DNA of 64,000 nucleotides, taken from Octopus sinensis. Its lineage: Eukaryota. Every line of letters starts with the position of its first letter. Positions within the stretch are counted from its first letter, which is position 1. This document shows positions 38,446 through 51,318 of the stretch, in pieces. The position numbers were made by a program, and so were the translations under genes. The stretch covers positions 37,820,001 to 37,884,000 of the forward strand of contig NC_043007.1 in NCBI RefSeq assembly GCF_006345805.1, written 5' to 3'. The notes beneath the pieces were generated by a model. That model was given only the letters and a program-made list of their open reading frames with translations. It did not search any database and had not been told where the DNA came from.

Positions 38446-39820
38446 GTCTTTGTGCGTTTATGAATTTTAGTATCTATTTATACGTGTGTGTGTGTGTATT
38501 GGACTATAGCAACACTTATTGGTCTCTCACAAAGTAAAATGTTTTAAATACTAACAATGCAATGACAAACTTTGTGTATGTATTTATATATGCATATGTG
38601 GGTGTATGCGTGCATAGAAATATATATATATATATACATCGAGAGAGATAGAGAGAGAACAAGAAAGGGAGAGAGGTTATATTTTTTAATGTGTGTGTGT
38701 ATATAATTGCACACAGCTAGACAACGGCAGTAGCAATCACAGTTGGTAGTGTACAGTTGTTGTGATATGGTACTGCCGGGCCTAGCCTTCAGAAGGGAGA
38801 TAGATAGGTAGGTAGGCAGGCTAGTAAACGCCGGCTAAATGCTGCTATTACTAGTAACATGGTGTACGGGACGTTGTTACCAGTATTATGGTGGGGGTTG
38901 TTCACAGTGAGAAGGGTGGGGTTGTTACTAGTAACACAGCAAGAGGAGAGGTGTCGTTATATGGTGGGAGAGGTGGTGAGGTTACAATAATCATAAAGCA
39001 AGAGATAATCGTATAACTACTATAACTACTATTGTTGTTGTCATACAGCCCCGGGTTGGCCCTCAACGAGTAAACCTATGATCAAAAACACTTCAACCAT
39101 AACAAGCCGGTCGTTCTTTGTGTATCTAAGTCTAGGTTAGTTCACGAATCCTTTCTTTTTGTTATTTCTTTTGCAGATGACAGAATGTGATTTGAAGAAT
39201 TTTGGCTGCTACTTCTGCAAGGCTGAGTGACCACAATGAGCAGGCATGAGCAATCTTTTATGAGAAGTGGGCTGCATGAGATTTAGCCCATCATCAGATT
39301 GACCACCCTTACTGAAAAAAAAAACCCCAAAAAATTCAAGGTAGTTTTTCCATTGGTGTGCCATTCAGAAAGACTCAAGGGCCACAGAATTTCCCATTAG
39401 CTCCTTCTTCTCAGTGGTTGTAGGGGAGGTGGGATTCATATCTTTGTTGTTTGACTCTTCCTTGAACATTATCAAGACAACCCATGAGCAAATGTGTTCC
39501 TTCCATGACCCCTCCTTCGTATTCTACATATTCTATGCATATGCTTTGGGGCTACATTATCTAACATGTCGTTATTTAAAACAATAGGGTGCAATTTGAG
39601 AAATTTACCTGCTATTTCTAGCCTGTCAGGCAACCGCAGAGAAGTGGTAGCAACGGTGGTGGTGGTGGTGGTGGTGGTACAGTTACTGTCATAGTAGACA
39701 GTGGTGGCAGAGTCAATGGTAGTGAAAGGGAAAGGAGAAGGAAAAAGAAGATGAAAAGCCTTAGTTTGTATAGAAGACACCAGTCAAACAAGCAGCTATA
39801 ACTAAGCAGACTGATCAATA

Positions 39821-39853
<33 letters not shown>

Positions 39854-40181
39854 AATAATGATAATAATAATGGGTGTGGACAGGACAGTAGAAGGGAGTG
39901 TAGAGTGTAAGCAAGAAAACGAAACGATATTCATTGAAACAGAGAAGATAAGAGAGAGGGAGAAACAAGTTTCAAACAGAGTGGAAGATAAATATAAAGA
40001 GAGGGACAGAGTGAAAGAGAGACATAGTCTTTAGCTTCTATCTCATACAGTATCAAGGAAATGTCTGAGAGACAGGAGAGAGAGAGAGGGAGGGGGGGAG
40101 TGTGGTGTTAAAGATTAAATTATAAGAAACAAAGGACTATGAAACAGATAAAGGTAGGTAATACACACATACACACACACA

Positions 40182-40233
<52 letters not shown>

Positions 40234-40237
40234 GTGT

Positions 40238-40553
40238 GTGGAGGCGCAATGGCCCAGTGGTTAGGGCAGCGGACTCGCGGTTGGAGGATCACGGTTTCGA
40301 TTCCCAGGCCAGGCGTTGTGCGTGCTTATTGAGTGAAAACACCTAAAGCTCCACGAGGCTCCGGCAGGGGGTGGTGGCGACACCTGTTGCACTCTTTCGC
40401 CCCAACTTTCTCTCACTCTTTCTTCCTGTTTCTTGAGTAACACTGCAATGGACTGGCGTCCTATCAAGCTGGTGGGGAACACATACGCCACAGAAACCGG
40501 GCCCATGAGCCTGGCTAGGCTTGAAAAGGGCGCATAAATAAATAAATAAATAA
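40238..40553 (+). mobile_element. SINE family D, 3' module 2
   Basis: Same head; 3' part ...gggcccatgagcctggctaggc...gggcgca(taaa)n. Confidence 0.85.
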
Positions 40554-40675
40554 ATATATATATATATATATCTCAATAATAACAAAGGGTAAAATAATTA
40601 ATTAAGAAGTAATCAATAATTTCACCAAGTAGAATTCGGCATGAAAAAAGGACCATTTCACGGTAAACTTAAGTA

Positions 40676-40982
40676 ATACTTAATAATTAGGGTTCAGCAA
40701 AGATTTGCTTTACCACATACCGAAGTTTAGAAATAACAACCAAAACCTTAGCTATTTCTTCTACTTTAAAAAGGGACTCCCAGAAAAACCAAAATACTTG
40801 AAAACAATCCACACAGGCAGAAGTTCGTTACTTTCCTCTGCCTGTGTGGATTGTTTTCAAGTATTTTGGTTTCTCTGGGAGTCCCTTTTTAAAGTAGAAG
40901 AAATAGCTAAGGTTTTGGCTGTTATTTCTAAACTTCGGTATGTGGTAAAGCAAATCTTTGCTGAACCCTAATTATTAAGTAT
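40676..40982. repeat. Long inverted repeat: 146-bp arms, 15-nt spacer, 2 mismatches
   Basis: 40676-40821 is the reverse complement of 40837-40982 except at two A/G positions; spacer agttcgttactttcc; flanked by (TA)n runs. Confidence 0.95.
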
Positions 40983-41855
40983 ACATATATATATATTTAT
41001 ATATATATATATTGATTAAGGTATCTTTGGCCCAACAAGTAGCTAGCAGATTACCCCTTGTTTGGGTAATTACTGCTTCTGAGGTTCTGCTAGCTATGAA
41101 ACATGTAGCCAGGATTTTATCTAATCCATTCGCTAATTTCGGATTTTTATTTGCATACACAGCAACCCCAGTTACAAACTGTGAACTGTAAAATAACTTT
41201 TATCAGCTTACTGGACTTCAATACGGGAAAAATTTACGACCTTCTATGTCAATAAACCACTATAATTCGAGAAAGTTGTTTTTTATAATTTCTACAGACT
41301 GCTCAAAGCTTACTAACATCCTATACCTTGATCCTTGGACCTTAACTTTACACACACACACACACATACACACATATATATATATATATATATTAGAGGA
41401 AAAAGGACAACAAAATCAAGGCAGGAGGTATATTAGATGTTAACTTGGAAGCCTACTATGGATCCCTAGCTCCAGCCTCAGCTGTGAACTTGGAACCTAA
41501 CGGATGACCAATTATAGAACTTACACAGCATTACTATTCGTTTAGGTCACCAGTGAACTAAACCCCTCATATTCAGAGTGTGTGTGTGTTGAGTTTCTAA
41601 TCCAAGCTGTGTCCTGAAGCACATCTGCATATTCCAGGACTCCAAAGTTGTATGTAGACGTTACATTTTCATGAGGCATGCATGCATAAGTGTTGAAAAA
41701 TACTGGGAAATAGTTGTTACAGAGTGATTACATATCAAGACAAGAGACTGGAAAAAATCTTTAGGCATTATTTATTTCCCATTAGACATGTTTCATTTCC
41801 AAACGCAAGTTATAAAGGCATACAATTTTTCCAATTTCCTGGTGCTTTCACTTGA

Positions 41856-41891
<36 letters not shown>

Positions 41892-42751
41892 ATCCAAACA
41901 AGAAAGCACAAAAAAACACAACAACGCGAGGACGTGGAACAAATATAGTATTATTGGACGCTCAGGAAAGAAGGAAAGAAGCTCTTCGTCGGAAACATCG
42001 AAGGAAAGATCCAGAGAAGGGAAGACAGAGGAAAAAAAAAATCGCCAACGGTACACACGCGGTCACATTTTGAATGACCGGAAGGAAATATATATATATA
42101 TATATATATTGTCATCATCATCATTTAACATCCATTTGACATGCTGGCATGGGTTGATGAGTTGACTGGAGCTGGTAAGGCCAGGGGCTGCAGCAGGCTC
42201 CGTTGTGCATTCTGACATGGTCTCTAAGGCTGGATGCTCTTCCTAATACCAACCACTCCACAGAGTGTAGTACTGGTTGCCTTTCATGTGGCACCAGCAC
42301 TGGTCACTTAGATGAATATAAGCCAGAAATAAAAGCACTCTCTATATAGGTAATAGAGATATATTTTATACATCATCAAACAATATATTACTGGTTATGG
42401 TATAGTGGCAATATTCACCTTGAAACCGATGGTAACATTCTGAGTTATATGCCATAACCAGCTATATATTGTTTCGTCACCACCATTATTTAATATCCAC
42501 TTTCTCATGTTTGCATAGCTCAGATAGAATTTATTGAAGAAGATATTCAACAGCTGGGTACCCTTCCTACCACCTGTTTCCAACCAAGGTAATATTTTCC
42601 CATACCTAGACATGATTTTCACAGAAGACTGAAAGCAAATGACTGTGATGGTATGACAATGATGCTCATTTACAACTATCATATGATGTCTAGACAAGGA
42701 TACACATAAATTCGCAAACATACATGCATATACTACATATACACACACATA

Positions 42752-43651
42752 TAGGGTTATCCCATGAATAATGTGGGTTTTTCAATTGCATGAACTAAAA
42801 GTTGGAGGGGTAAGGGATAAACTACCTGCATGGACTTGCTATAAAAGCAGGTAGTACTTTTGCCTTGTCTTTTTTGAAGTGTGCTGTCGATTTTAACAGT
42901 TATTTTTTCAAAGCTATAATGGAAGTGACAAAGGAGCATATTCAGCAAATTTTGCTTTATGAGTTCAATAAACGCAACGGAAAGTGTTAGGAATATTAAT
43001 GCAGTACATGGGAATAAGACAATAAGTGTAAGACAGTGTCAATGGTGGTTCCAGAAATTCCAAGCTGAAAACTACAGCTTGATGGAATGCCCTGCAAACC
43101 CTGGTGGAACAAAATCTCATCATAACTGTTGAAGAACTAGGAGAGAAGCTTGGATTTGGTCATTCACCCATTCATTGACACTGATGTGCCATCAGAAAAG
43201 TCAGCAAATTGGGTCAATTGGTTCCTCACAAACTCTCCAAGTCTAATCACACGCAGAGAATGGGTGTGTTCAAGACGAAAGGTGTTCTATCAGGATAATG
43301 CTTGGCTACATACAGTGAGGATGACATTTCCAAGGCTAGAGCAGTCTGAATGGGAAACACTGCCCCACCCACCATAATTGCTGGATATTGCCCCATCTGA
43401 TTATTATTAATCCCGCAGTCTTCAAAATCATTTGGATGGAAAGAATATGAATTCTGTAGATGAGGTCAGAACAGTACTCGAGGACTATTTTTCTTCATGG
43501 GCAAGTGAATTTTGGAAGAGGGACCTTACAAGCCTACCAGATAGATGAGAGAGCATTGTAGAAAATGAAGATTGAAAAAGAACTTGGTTTATCTTAATAT
43601 TGAAAAGAAAAAGAAGTATAAAAAAACTGCATTATTTATGGGATAACCCAT
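42752..43651 (+). mobile_element. Decayed mariner element
   Basis: TIRs gggttatcccatgaataatg / cattatttatgggataaccc in TA context; remnants MEVTKEHIQQILLYEFNK, QDNA..HT and LPHPP..DIAPSDY. Confidence 0.9.
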
Positions 43652-43741
43652 ATATATATATATATATATATAAAATGAGTATGATGAAGTAGCATTTCAT
43701 GAATTTTAATTTACATTTTGATTAAAATACAGCTTAATATT

Positions 43742-43825
43742 AACCTACATGTGTTTCCACTACATTGGTTAGTTACTGTTGCAATTTCAACTTTGCTATA
43801 ATACCAGTGCAATTTCTTCAGGGTC
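43742..43825 (-). ncRNA. Degenerate minimal hammerhead ribozyme motif
   Basis: Minus strand: gacc-CTGAAGA-aattgcactggt...accaatgtagtg-GAAA-CACATG-TA-ggtt. Confidence 0.5.
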
Positions 43826-44805
43826 TTCCCTGTAATATCCTTTTAGATTGAACTGGTTAGAGTTTTATGTTAATTTTAGTAGTGTGTTAAATGAAGTGGT
43901 GCTGAACATTAATTCCAACACAAACACCACACATATAGTCTGTGTGTGTGTGTGAGGGGCTTCTTTCAGTTTCTGTCTATCAAATCCACTTAGAAAGCTT
44001 TTGTAGACCCAAAGCTATAGTAGAAGACAAATACCCATGGTGCCGCACAGTGTGACTGTACTTAAAACCACAGTTGGGGATTAAGCTTCATAACCACAAA
44101 AAATATTCTGTGTATTTGTATGTGTGAGGGAGAGAGGGAGAAGGAAAAAACTGTAAAAAACAGAATTTATTTGTGAGTGAATGTATGCCTGTGTGTGTGG
44201 TGGGGTGTAGGTTATGTGTATTTGTAATTAATAATAGAACAAAAAAGTAAGAGAAAACAAGACAGAAATAAAAACAAAGAGATATATAACTCGTGAGAGA
44301 AAATAAAGGAGACTATACGTACACATACATAAATACAGCACACACTTATATACAAAAATGTATGTGTACGCAACAACTTTTCCCAATCTTTTCCAGAAAT
44401 GGGTAAATACTATAATAATTAATAACAATAATTGGTTATTTGGCACAAGGGCAATGGATCAAGGGAACATTACAAGGACAGATTACAAAACATGTGTGGG
44501 TTTATATGGTATCAAGTACAAAAAATGACAATATGAAAAGAAATGAAGTGTCTCAAAAGGAAACAGCAGGGCACTAACCAAGCAACTCCATAGAACCCAG
44601 ATTATTCAATGTTTAGAGCAGTGCCCTTGCTCAGCCATATTCTCTGGCCTACAGGAGCATGTTAAAAGAAGATCCAATTGATTCAAGCCATATTGCCAAT
44701 CTCACTCACCTTCCAGTAGTAGAACTAGTTCTCTCCACCCTCATCTCAAAGTGGCAGGCAGCAATTTTAAGGGGAGGGAGCAAGTTGATTCATCGACCCC
44801 AGTAC

Positions 44806-45113
44806 TTCTCTCAAGGAAGCACCATCCAACCAAATATGGGAAACTACCACCTGTATCATCTCTTGTGAAAGGTAAAAGAGTCCAGTTTGCTGGACATTGT
44901 TGTAGAGCTGAAAACGAGGTAATTCCTACTCTTCTCCTCTGGAAGTCATCTGCTCGCGATACCAGAGGGTGCACACTCTCCTACCCTGATGTAATCTCCA
45001 GGGATACAGGCATCCAGCAACAGGACCTCCGTAATGCTATGATGGACCGTGAAGTATGGCGTAACATAGTAAATTCCATTGTCTCAACCACAGTTGAACA
45101 ATGATGATGATGA
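44806..45113 (+). mobile_element. RTE-clade LINE 3' end with (ATG)n tail, nested in a SINE
   Basis: RVQFAGHCCRAENEVIPTLLLWK...AMMDREVWRNIV; tail atgatgatgatg; SINE sequence continues on both sides. Confidence 0.85.
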
Positions 45114-45524
45114 CTTATTTTGTCAAATTCAAAAGAATAAAAGGCAAAGTCAACTTTGACAGTATCTAAACTCAGAATGTCAGAAAGCTGGAAAAAAATT
45201 CCACTGCAAAAAAATCATGTTCTTTAGGAGGAATCCTTTAAAAATTGAGGATGCATCTTGTCACATCTCCTCATTAAATTTGAAGACATAAATATATTGG
45301 TTTCAAATTTTGGCACAAGGCCAGCAGTTCTGGAAGAGAGCCCAATGTTCAACTGGTACTTATTTTACTGACCCTGAAAGGATGAAAGGCAAAGCCAACC
45401 GTAGTGGAATTTGAACTCAGAGATGGATGAAAAGCTGCTAAGCATCTTACCAGCACCTAATGAGTCTGCCAGCTCACTACCTATAAATATATTAACAAAA
45501 TTTGGAAATTTCTCATAATAATAG

Positions 45525-45745
45525 AGCGTGGCCGTTGCCAGTACCGCCTGACTGGCCCTCATGCCGGTGGCACATAAAAGCACCCACTACACTTTCGGAG
45601 TGGTTGGTGTTAGGAAGGGCATCCAGCTGTAGAAACCCTGCCAGATCAGATTGGAGCCTGGTGCAGCCATCTGGTTCGCCAGACCTCAGTCAAATTGTCC
45701 AACACAAGCTAGCATGAAAAGCAGATGTTAAACGATGATGATGAG
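45525..45745 (+). mobile_element. Repeat family C (ttaggaagggcatccagctgtagaaa module, (ATG)n tail)
   Basis: gccggtggcac.taaaagcacc...gttaggaagggcatccagctgtagaaa...gttaaacgatgatgatg. Related copies at ~5755-5892(-), 7460-7650(+), 9726-9905(-), 25700-25910(-), 42112-42300(-). Confidence 0.8.
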
Positions 45746-46679
45746 GAGGAGGAGGAATGTCTGCTAAGTTAAAAATATAACCACAAATTTGAGTGGCATA
45801 AAGTATAGTTTATTAAATCAACCCCAGCATTTATTTCAGTAACAACCCCCACCTACACTCTCCCTAACTCCAATCCAAAAATGGAATGATCTTCAACAGG
45901 GTGACCCTCAGTGACCCAATCATTCACAGGGCATTAATTTTTTTCAATTAGCAACAACCACTAATGAGCATTTCCCAACATCTCGTGGTTACACTGATTA
46001 GTTGAATATCGATACAGAGAAGTAAATATCTAAATATTGTCTCGTCCATAATACATGCCCAGACCTGCGACCATGAATTAATTATTGACACAGCAAGATT
46101 ACAACAACAACAACTCAAAGATTCTAATTCTGCCATTGTTGATTGTTTCTAAACTGTTTGTATTGTTGCTCTAGTTGCTTCTGTTATTCTTTACACCTTT
46201 GGCTATGATTCTCTGTATGTGTGGGTGTGCACGTGTGTGTAAATGTATATATATAGGTTTCATGTGTTAGCACTTATGATAAGTGTGAACACACAAAATT
46301 CTCAGCCCTTGAGTCACTCTGTTACTTCTGCTAAATATCAATATATATACATGTATGTATGTATGTATGTGTGTGTGTATGTGTGTGTGTGTGTAGGTAG
46401 GTAGGTATATATGTAAGTGTTAGTGTGTGCATGTATGTGTATGGGTGCACATGTATCTGTCATTTCTGATAGATTCTAAGCAATAATTTTAACTTTTCTT
46501 TCTCTCTTGATTTTACTTTTTATATAGATAACAAGAATTGTGGTTTTGAAATAGACTGAGAAACGATAATAAGTACCAGATACAGTCTTGTGGGGAAATG
46601 GTTGACTGCAACAGTAAAATGTCCAGCAGTTATTTAGTTGTATTCCATCACAACCAGAGTTCAAATTCTGTTCAAACAA

Positions 46680-47025
46680 CTCTACCCACTACTTCAATCA
46701 TCTACATCTACCCCATCTCAATAAGCTTTACTCAACTATACCCACCCCTTCAGTTGCCTATAACCATCCTTCAATCCTCTACATCCACCCCTTTCAATCA
46801 ACTGCAATCAACAACTCCTTTCAATCAATTAAAACCTATCCCTTTTCAATCTATTATACCCACCTTCTTCAATCGGTTGCACCTACCCTGCTTCAATCAA
46901 TGATACCCATTCGTTCAATCAACTCTACCTGCTCTTTTGATCACCTATATCCACCCCTTTTCAATCAACTACATCCATCCACTTCAATTGACTATATTCA
47001 TTATCTACCCCCTTTCTACCCTCAG
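46680..47025 (+). repeat. Degenerate ~20-22-bp minisatellite (ttcaatcaactacatccacccc-like)
   Basis: ttcaatc recurs about every 20 nt. Confidence 0.7.
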
Positions 47026-47205
47026 TATAAAATATATACCAGTAATACATCCAGATTCACTTTAATCCTTTACACCAACTTACAAATTTCCAAATTTCTT
47101 GTTTTATTCTACAGCAAGAAACCATAATTGGCTATCATTAAATCAGTGAAGGACACTCCACAGTAGAATCAGTGAAACCACAGACAAAAATATTAGGAAC
47201 TTCTA

Positions 47206-47652
47206 AGGCAGTGAGCTGGCAGAATTGTCAGTGCACTGGACAAAATGCTTAGCAGCATTGTCTGTCTTTATGGTCTGAGTTCAAATTCCGTTGAAGTCAA
47301 CTTTGCCTTTCATCCTTTTGGAGTTGATAGAATAAATTCCAGTAGAGCACTAGGGGTCATTGCAGTCGACTTACCCCTTCCTTTGAAATTACTGGCCTTG
47401 TGCAAAAATTGGAAACCAATATTAGGGAGTTTTAAGGCAGCAAGCTGATAAAATTGTTAGCACACCAGACAAAATGCTTAACAGTATTTCATCTGTCTTT
47501 ATGGTCAGAGTTCAAATTCAGCCAAGGCTGACTTTGCCTTTCATCCTTTAGGAGTCAATGAAATAAGTACTAGTTGATCACTGGAGTTGATGTAATCAAC
47601 TTACACCCTCCCCTGAAATTGCTGGCCTTGTGCCAAAATTTGAAACCAATAT
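47206..47652 (+). repeat. Tandem pair of family-A-like SINEs
   Basis: Two ~230-bp units, both ending gaaaccaatattaggga. Confidence 0.8.
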
Positions 47653-48884
47653 TAGGGACTGCTAATATTAAAAATCAATGACAGATGTAACAGAAATGGT
47701 AAAATACTGTACTAGATGATTTGCAAAGTTTAGTCACACCCATTTACATTCTAAGTTTTAATCCGGACTTTCTACCATCTGGGGCAATTGGTGAAAAAAA
47801 ATCATCAGAGAAACTTTGCAGTAGCTACTTAAGAATGGTGCAAGCTCCAACTTTTGGTGCTGACCAAAGAATTCCCATTGTTGAGCATCCTCCTGTAACT
47901 TCAGCAGATATTTCAGAGTCATGAGAGTTTCATCTCTTAGTATATATGTGTCCCCTGAGTGGAGCAGTGAGAACTAAATTAGCCTTCACTTGCTGAAGGT
48001 TTCCATCTGCAATCTATTGATCTGGCCTCAGCTGCGATGGCTGTCCTTCCTAGAAGATTTCTTCAGTTGTTTGAGTTCCAAACTAATCTTCTGCAAGAAC
48101 TAGGACATTGATCTTGCTGAAAGACTACAGCAGAACTAATAATGTAATGGGAGGAAATTAAAACCACAATTCCCCTTCCTTTCATCGAATTGGCAGAATT
48201 GTTAGACCATCAGATACAAAACCTTGCAATATTTGTTCTAGTTCTCAGCTTTCTGAGTTCAAATCCTGCCAAACTCAACTTTACTGTTCATTCTTTTGAA
48301 GATGAGGAACAACATCACCAGTTCAAGGTAAAGTACTTGACATTTGTTAGAATGTTAAACAAAATACCTTTTAGCTCTTTGCATTCTGAGTTCAAATTCC
48401 TACATGGTATAGGTATTCAAGTTACCACCAACAGCTAGAACTAATTATCTAGCCACAGGTGTCCACAACTGATCATGAAAATTCCAATAGATAGAGAATG
48501 ATTCATTATCTTTCGTTTTTGGATTTGGTTTGCAAGATTCTTTATATGAGTTCGTGCGTTGAAGCATATTCTATTGTGTCTGGGGAGAGTCATTTTCTTT
48601 TTGTGCCTTATTATGTAACACACTCACCGGTAAAATTTCCATGTTTTTCTTATTTTTATTGTCCTAAAATTTTCGTTGCATCTTGCAACCTTTTCAATAG
48701 TTTTGATTGATTATCTGATACCACAGTGAAACAACGAAGCTCCCCCGACATTCTTATATATTTGTGGCCTTGTGTCAATATCAGATATCAATAGTAGAGC
48801 AGTGAGTTAGCATAGAAAAAGGAGAGCACAGAAAAGCAAAGGAGGGTACTGCACTAAACCTCTTGCAACATTTAGTTGCTTCAC

Positions 48885-49279
48885 TCTACTAGAGTGAAAA
48901 GTACAATGACAGACAACATGATCTCTGGCACCGCCCTAGTGAACTTTTTTAAGTTCCATCTGAAAAGGAAGGTGGGGCAAGAGAAAATGTGTCTGTGAGA
49001 GTCTGTATTCAAAAAGAGATGGATGCGTGTTGCACGGATGCTAGGTGTGAAAGACCTTGCATGAACACGCCATGATCACTCACCAACAGGTTTCAGTTAA
49101 AATAACAGGGCTCATGGGGTCGGCTATCCTGTTTTTTTGACTTCATATGTCCCTTTTTGTTCGTGTATTCTTGTAATTCATTCGATTTCATTGTAAATAA
49201 TTCCATTTCATTCACATGACCCCAAATCATGTTGTATCGTCCCCATCTGTGTAAACCCTTATGGGTAATAAAGAAATTA
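48885..49279 (+). mobile_element. Probable L1/Tx1-type LINE 3' end
   Basis: ISGTALVNFFKFHLKRKVGQEKMCL*ESVFKKRWMRVARML (F...W C-terminal pattern), T-rich 3' UTR, ends cccttatgggtaataaagaaatt. Clade assignment is tentative. Confidence 0.55.
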
Positions 49280-50084
49280 ACTCTATAGCTTGAGACCAAA
49301 TCTCATTGTATTCAATTTTGTCTTTCATTACTTGACTAGGTCAATAAAACAAACTAAAACAGCACTAGTAAATATATTGGTAGAGCAAAAAATCATCCAA
49401 CCTATTATACCGTTTGTAACAAAATTTAACCTTGTGTCTTATCAAGTCAACAGAAATCAACGTTGAGGGCGGGGATAACCCAGACACAGAGCTAATTTCG
49501 AAAATAGGGCAGGGTTGAATGTCAGTGAACATGCCCTGTTGCATTACTGGTGTTTATGGACTATTTACTCAAAATGTAAGACTCATAAATGCAGCCTGAT
49601 AGGAAATGAGCTCAGGTGGTGGAGTATAAAGCTGTTGTTTTGTGTATGTATGCAAACACAAAGCTTCAGATTTATCAGTAAATCTAAATAGAATTTTGTG
49701 ACAATGATGTCTTCTCCAAAGCATTTAAAGAGTAGGAGGAGGAGGTGATGGTGGTTACATATTTCAGTGTACATTCTAATACCACCTATCCAACAGGATA
49801 GGTTATATTTTAAAATGTATAATTCATCAGGTAGAAGAATGCTACTCTTTTTTTCTCTTTTACTTGTTTCAGTAATTTGACTGTGGCCATGCTGGAGCAC
49901 TGCCTTTAGTCGAGCAAATCGACCACGGGACTTATTCTTTGGAAGCCTAGTACTTATTCTATCGGTCTCTTTTGCCGAAACGCTAAGTTACGGGGACATA
50001 AACACACCACCATTGGTTGTCAAGAGATGTTGGGGGGACAAACACAGGCACACAAATACACACACACATGTATATATATATATA

Positions 50085-50463
50085 GTGGAGGCGCAATGGC
50101 CCAGTGGTTAGGGCAGCGGACTCGCGGTCGTAGGATTGCGGTTTCGATTCCCAGACCGGGCGTTGTGAGTGTTTATTGAGCGAAAACACCTAAAGCTCCA
50201 CGAGGCTCTGGCAGGGATGGTGGTGATCCCTGCTGTACTCTTTCACCACAACTTTCTCTCACTCTTACTTCCTGTTTCTGTTGTACCTGTATTTCAAAGG
50301 GCCGGCCTTGTCAATCTCTGTGTCACGCTGAATATCCCCGAGAACTACGTTAAGGGTACACGTGTCTGTGGAGTGCTCGGCCACTTACACGTTAATTTCA
50401 CGAGCAGGCTGTTCCATTGATTCGGATCAACCGGAACCCTCGTCGTCTGAACCGACGGAGTGC
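50085..50463 (+). mobile_element. SINE family D, 3' module 3, inserted in the internal microsatellite of a family-B SINE
   Basis: gtggaggcgcaatggcccagtggttagggcagcggactcgcgg...ggtttcgattccc...gacggagtgc. Confidence 0.88.
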
Positions 50464-50499
50464 TTCTCTTATATATATATATACGATGCTTTGAAAGCC

Positions 50500-51000
50500 T
50501 GTTTATTTGGCATTGATCAATCAATGACACACACTCCTACAGCATCACAATGTCCCAGAACACACTGCCAATGTGACCAAGAGCAAGCTTGAAGAACATG
50601 ATGCCCAAGAAATGCTTCCTCATCTTGCATACTGTCCAGACTTTGCACCATCAGATTACCACCTTTTCAGAGTCATGCCTCATTTCCTGCATGGATGGCA
50701 GTTCAATGTAGACAAGCTTGAAAATGGATGCAGCAAGTTTTTTGCCTCTAAACTAACCAAAATAGCATAGCTGTTGAACTGAACTTCTGGCACAATGATG
50801 GCAACAGACAATAAAATATGATGGGATATATTATTATGAATAAATGCTTTGTGTATGTAATTTGTTTGAACTAGGCATAGTTCCGGGCTCAGTCCCAGTG
50901 TGTGGCACCTTGGGCAAGTGTTTTCTACTATAGCCTCAGGCTGACCAAAGCCTTGTGAGTGGATTTGGTAGACAGAAACTGAAAGCCCATCGTATATATG

Positions 51001-51055
<55 letters not shown>

Positions 51056-51318
51056 ATGTGTGTGTATGTGTGTCTGTGTTTGTCCCCCCAACATCACTTG
51101 ACAACCAATGCTGGTGTGTTTACATCCCCGTAACTTAGCGGTTCAGCAAAAGAGACTGATAGAATAAGTACTAGGCTTCCAAAGAATAAGTCCTGGGGTC
51201 GATTTGCTCGACTAAAGGCAGTGCTCCAGCATGGCCACAGTCAAATGACTGAAAAGAGTAAAAGAGTATTAATTAAAGCTTAAAATACAAAAAAAAAACT
51301 TTTGACTCAACCTGGTAA
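50500..51318 (+). mobile_element. 3' mariner fragment interrupted by a SINE at ~50875-51268
   Basis: ORF MLPHLAYCPDFAPSDYHLFRVMPHFLHG; TIR-like end aaacttttgactcaacctggta after the SINE. Confidence 0.75.
50875..51268 (+). mobile_element. SINE family B copy
   Basis: Same body, internal (TA)n(TG)n and tail as 20256-20712. Confidence 0.85.

Noticed and set aside
40705-40971. 88-aa ORF across the long palindrome
   Set aside because: By-product of the inverted repeat (open on both strands); no homology signal I recognise.
41780-42090. Half-hammerhead motifs (gaaacatgtc and ccgacgaagagc on the minus strand) in probable repeat remnants
   Set aside because: Each lacks the partner half of the core; a complete ribozyme cannot be supported.
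50085-50160. tRNA gene-like sequences (also at 27507, 40238, 53953)
   Set aside because: A/B boxes are present but there is no proper cloverleaf or acceptor stem, and they continue into SINE bodies; they are SINE heads.
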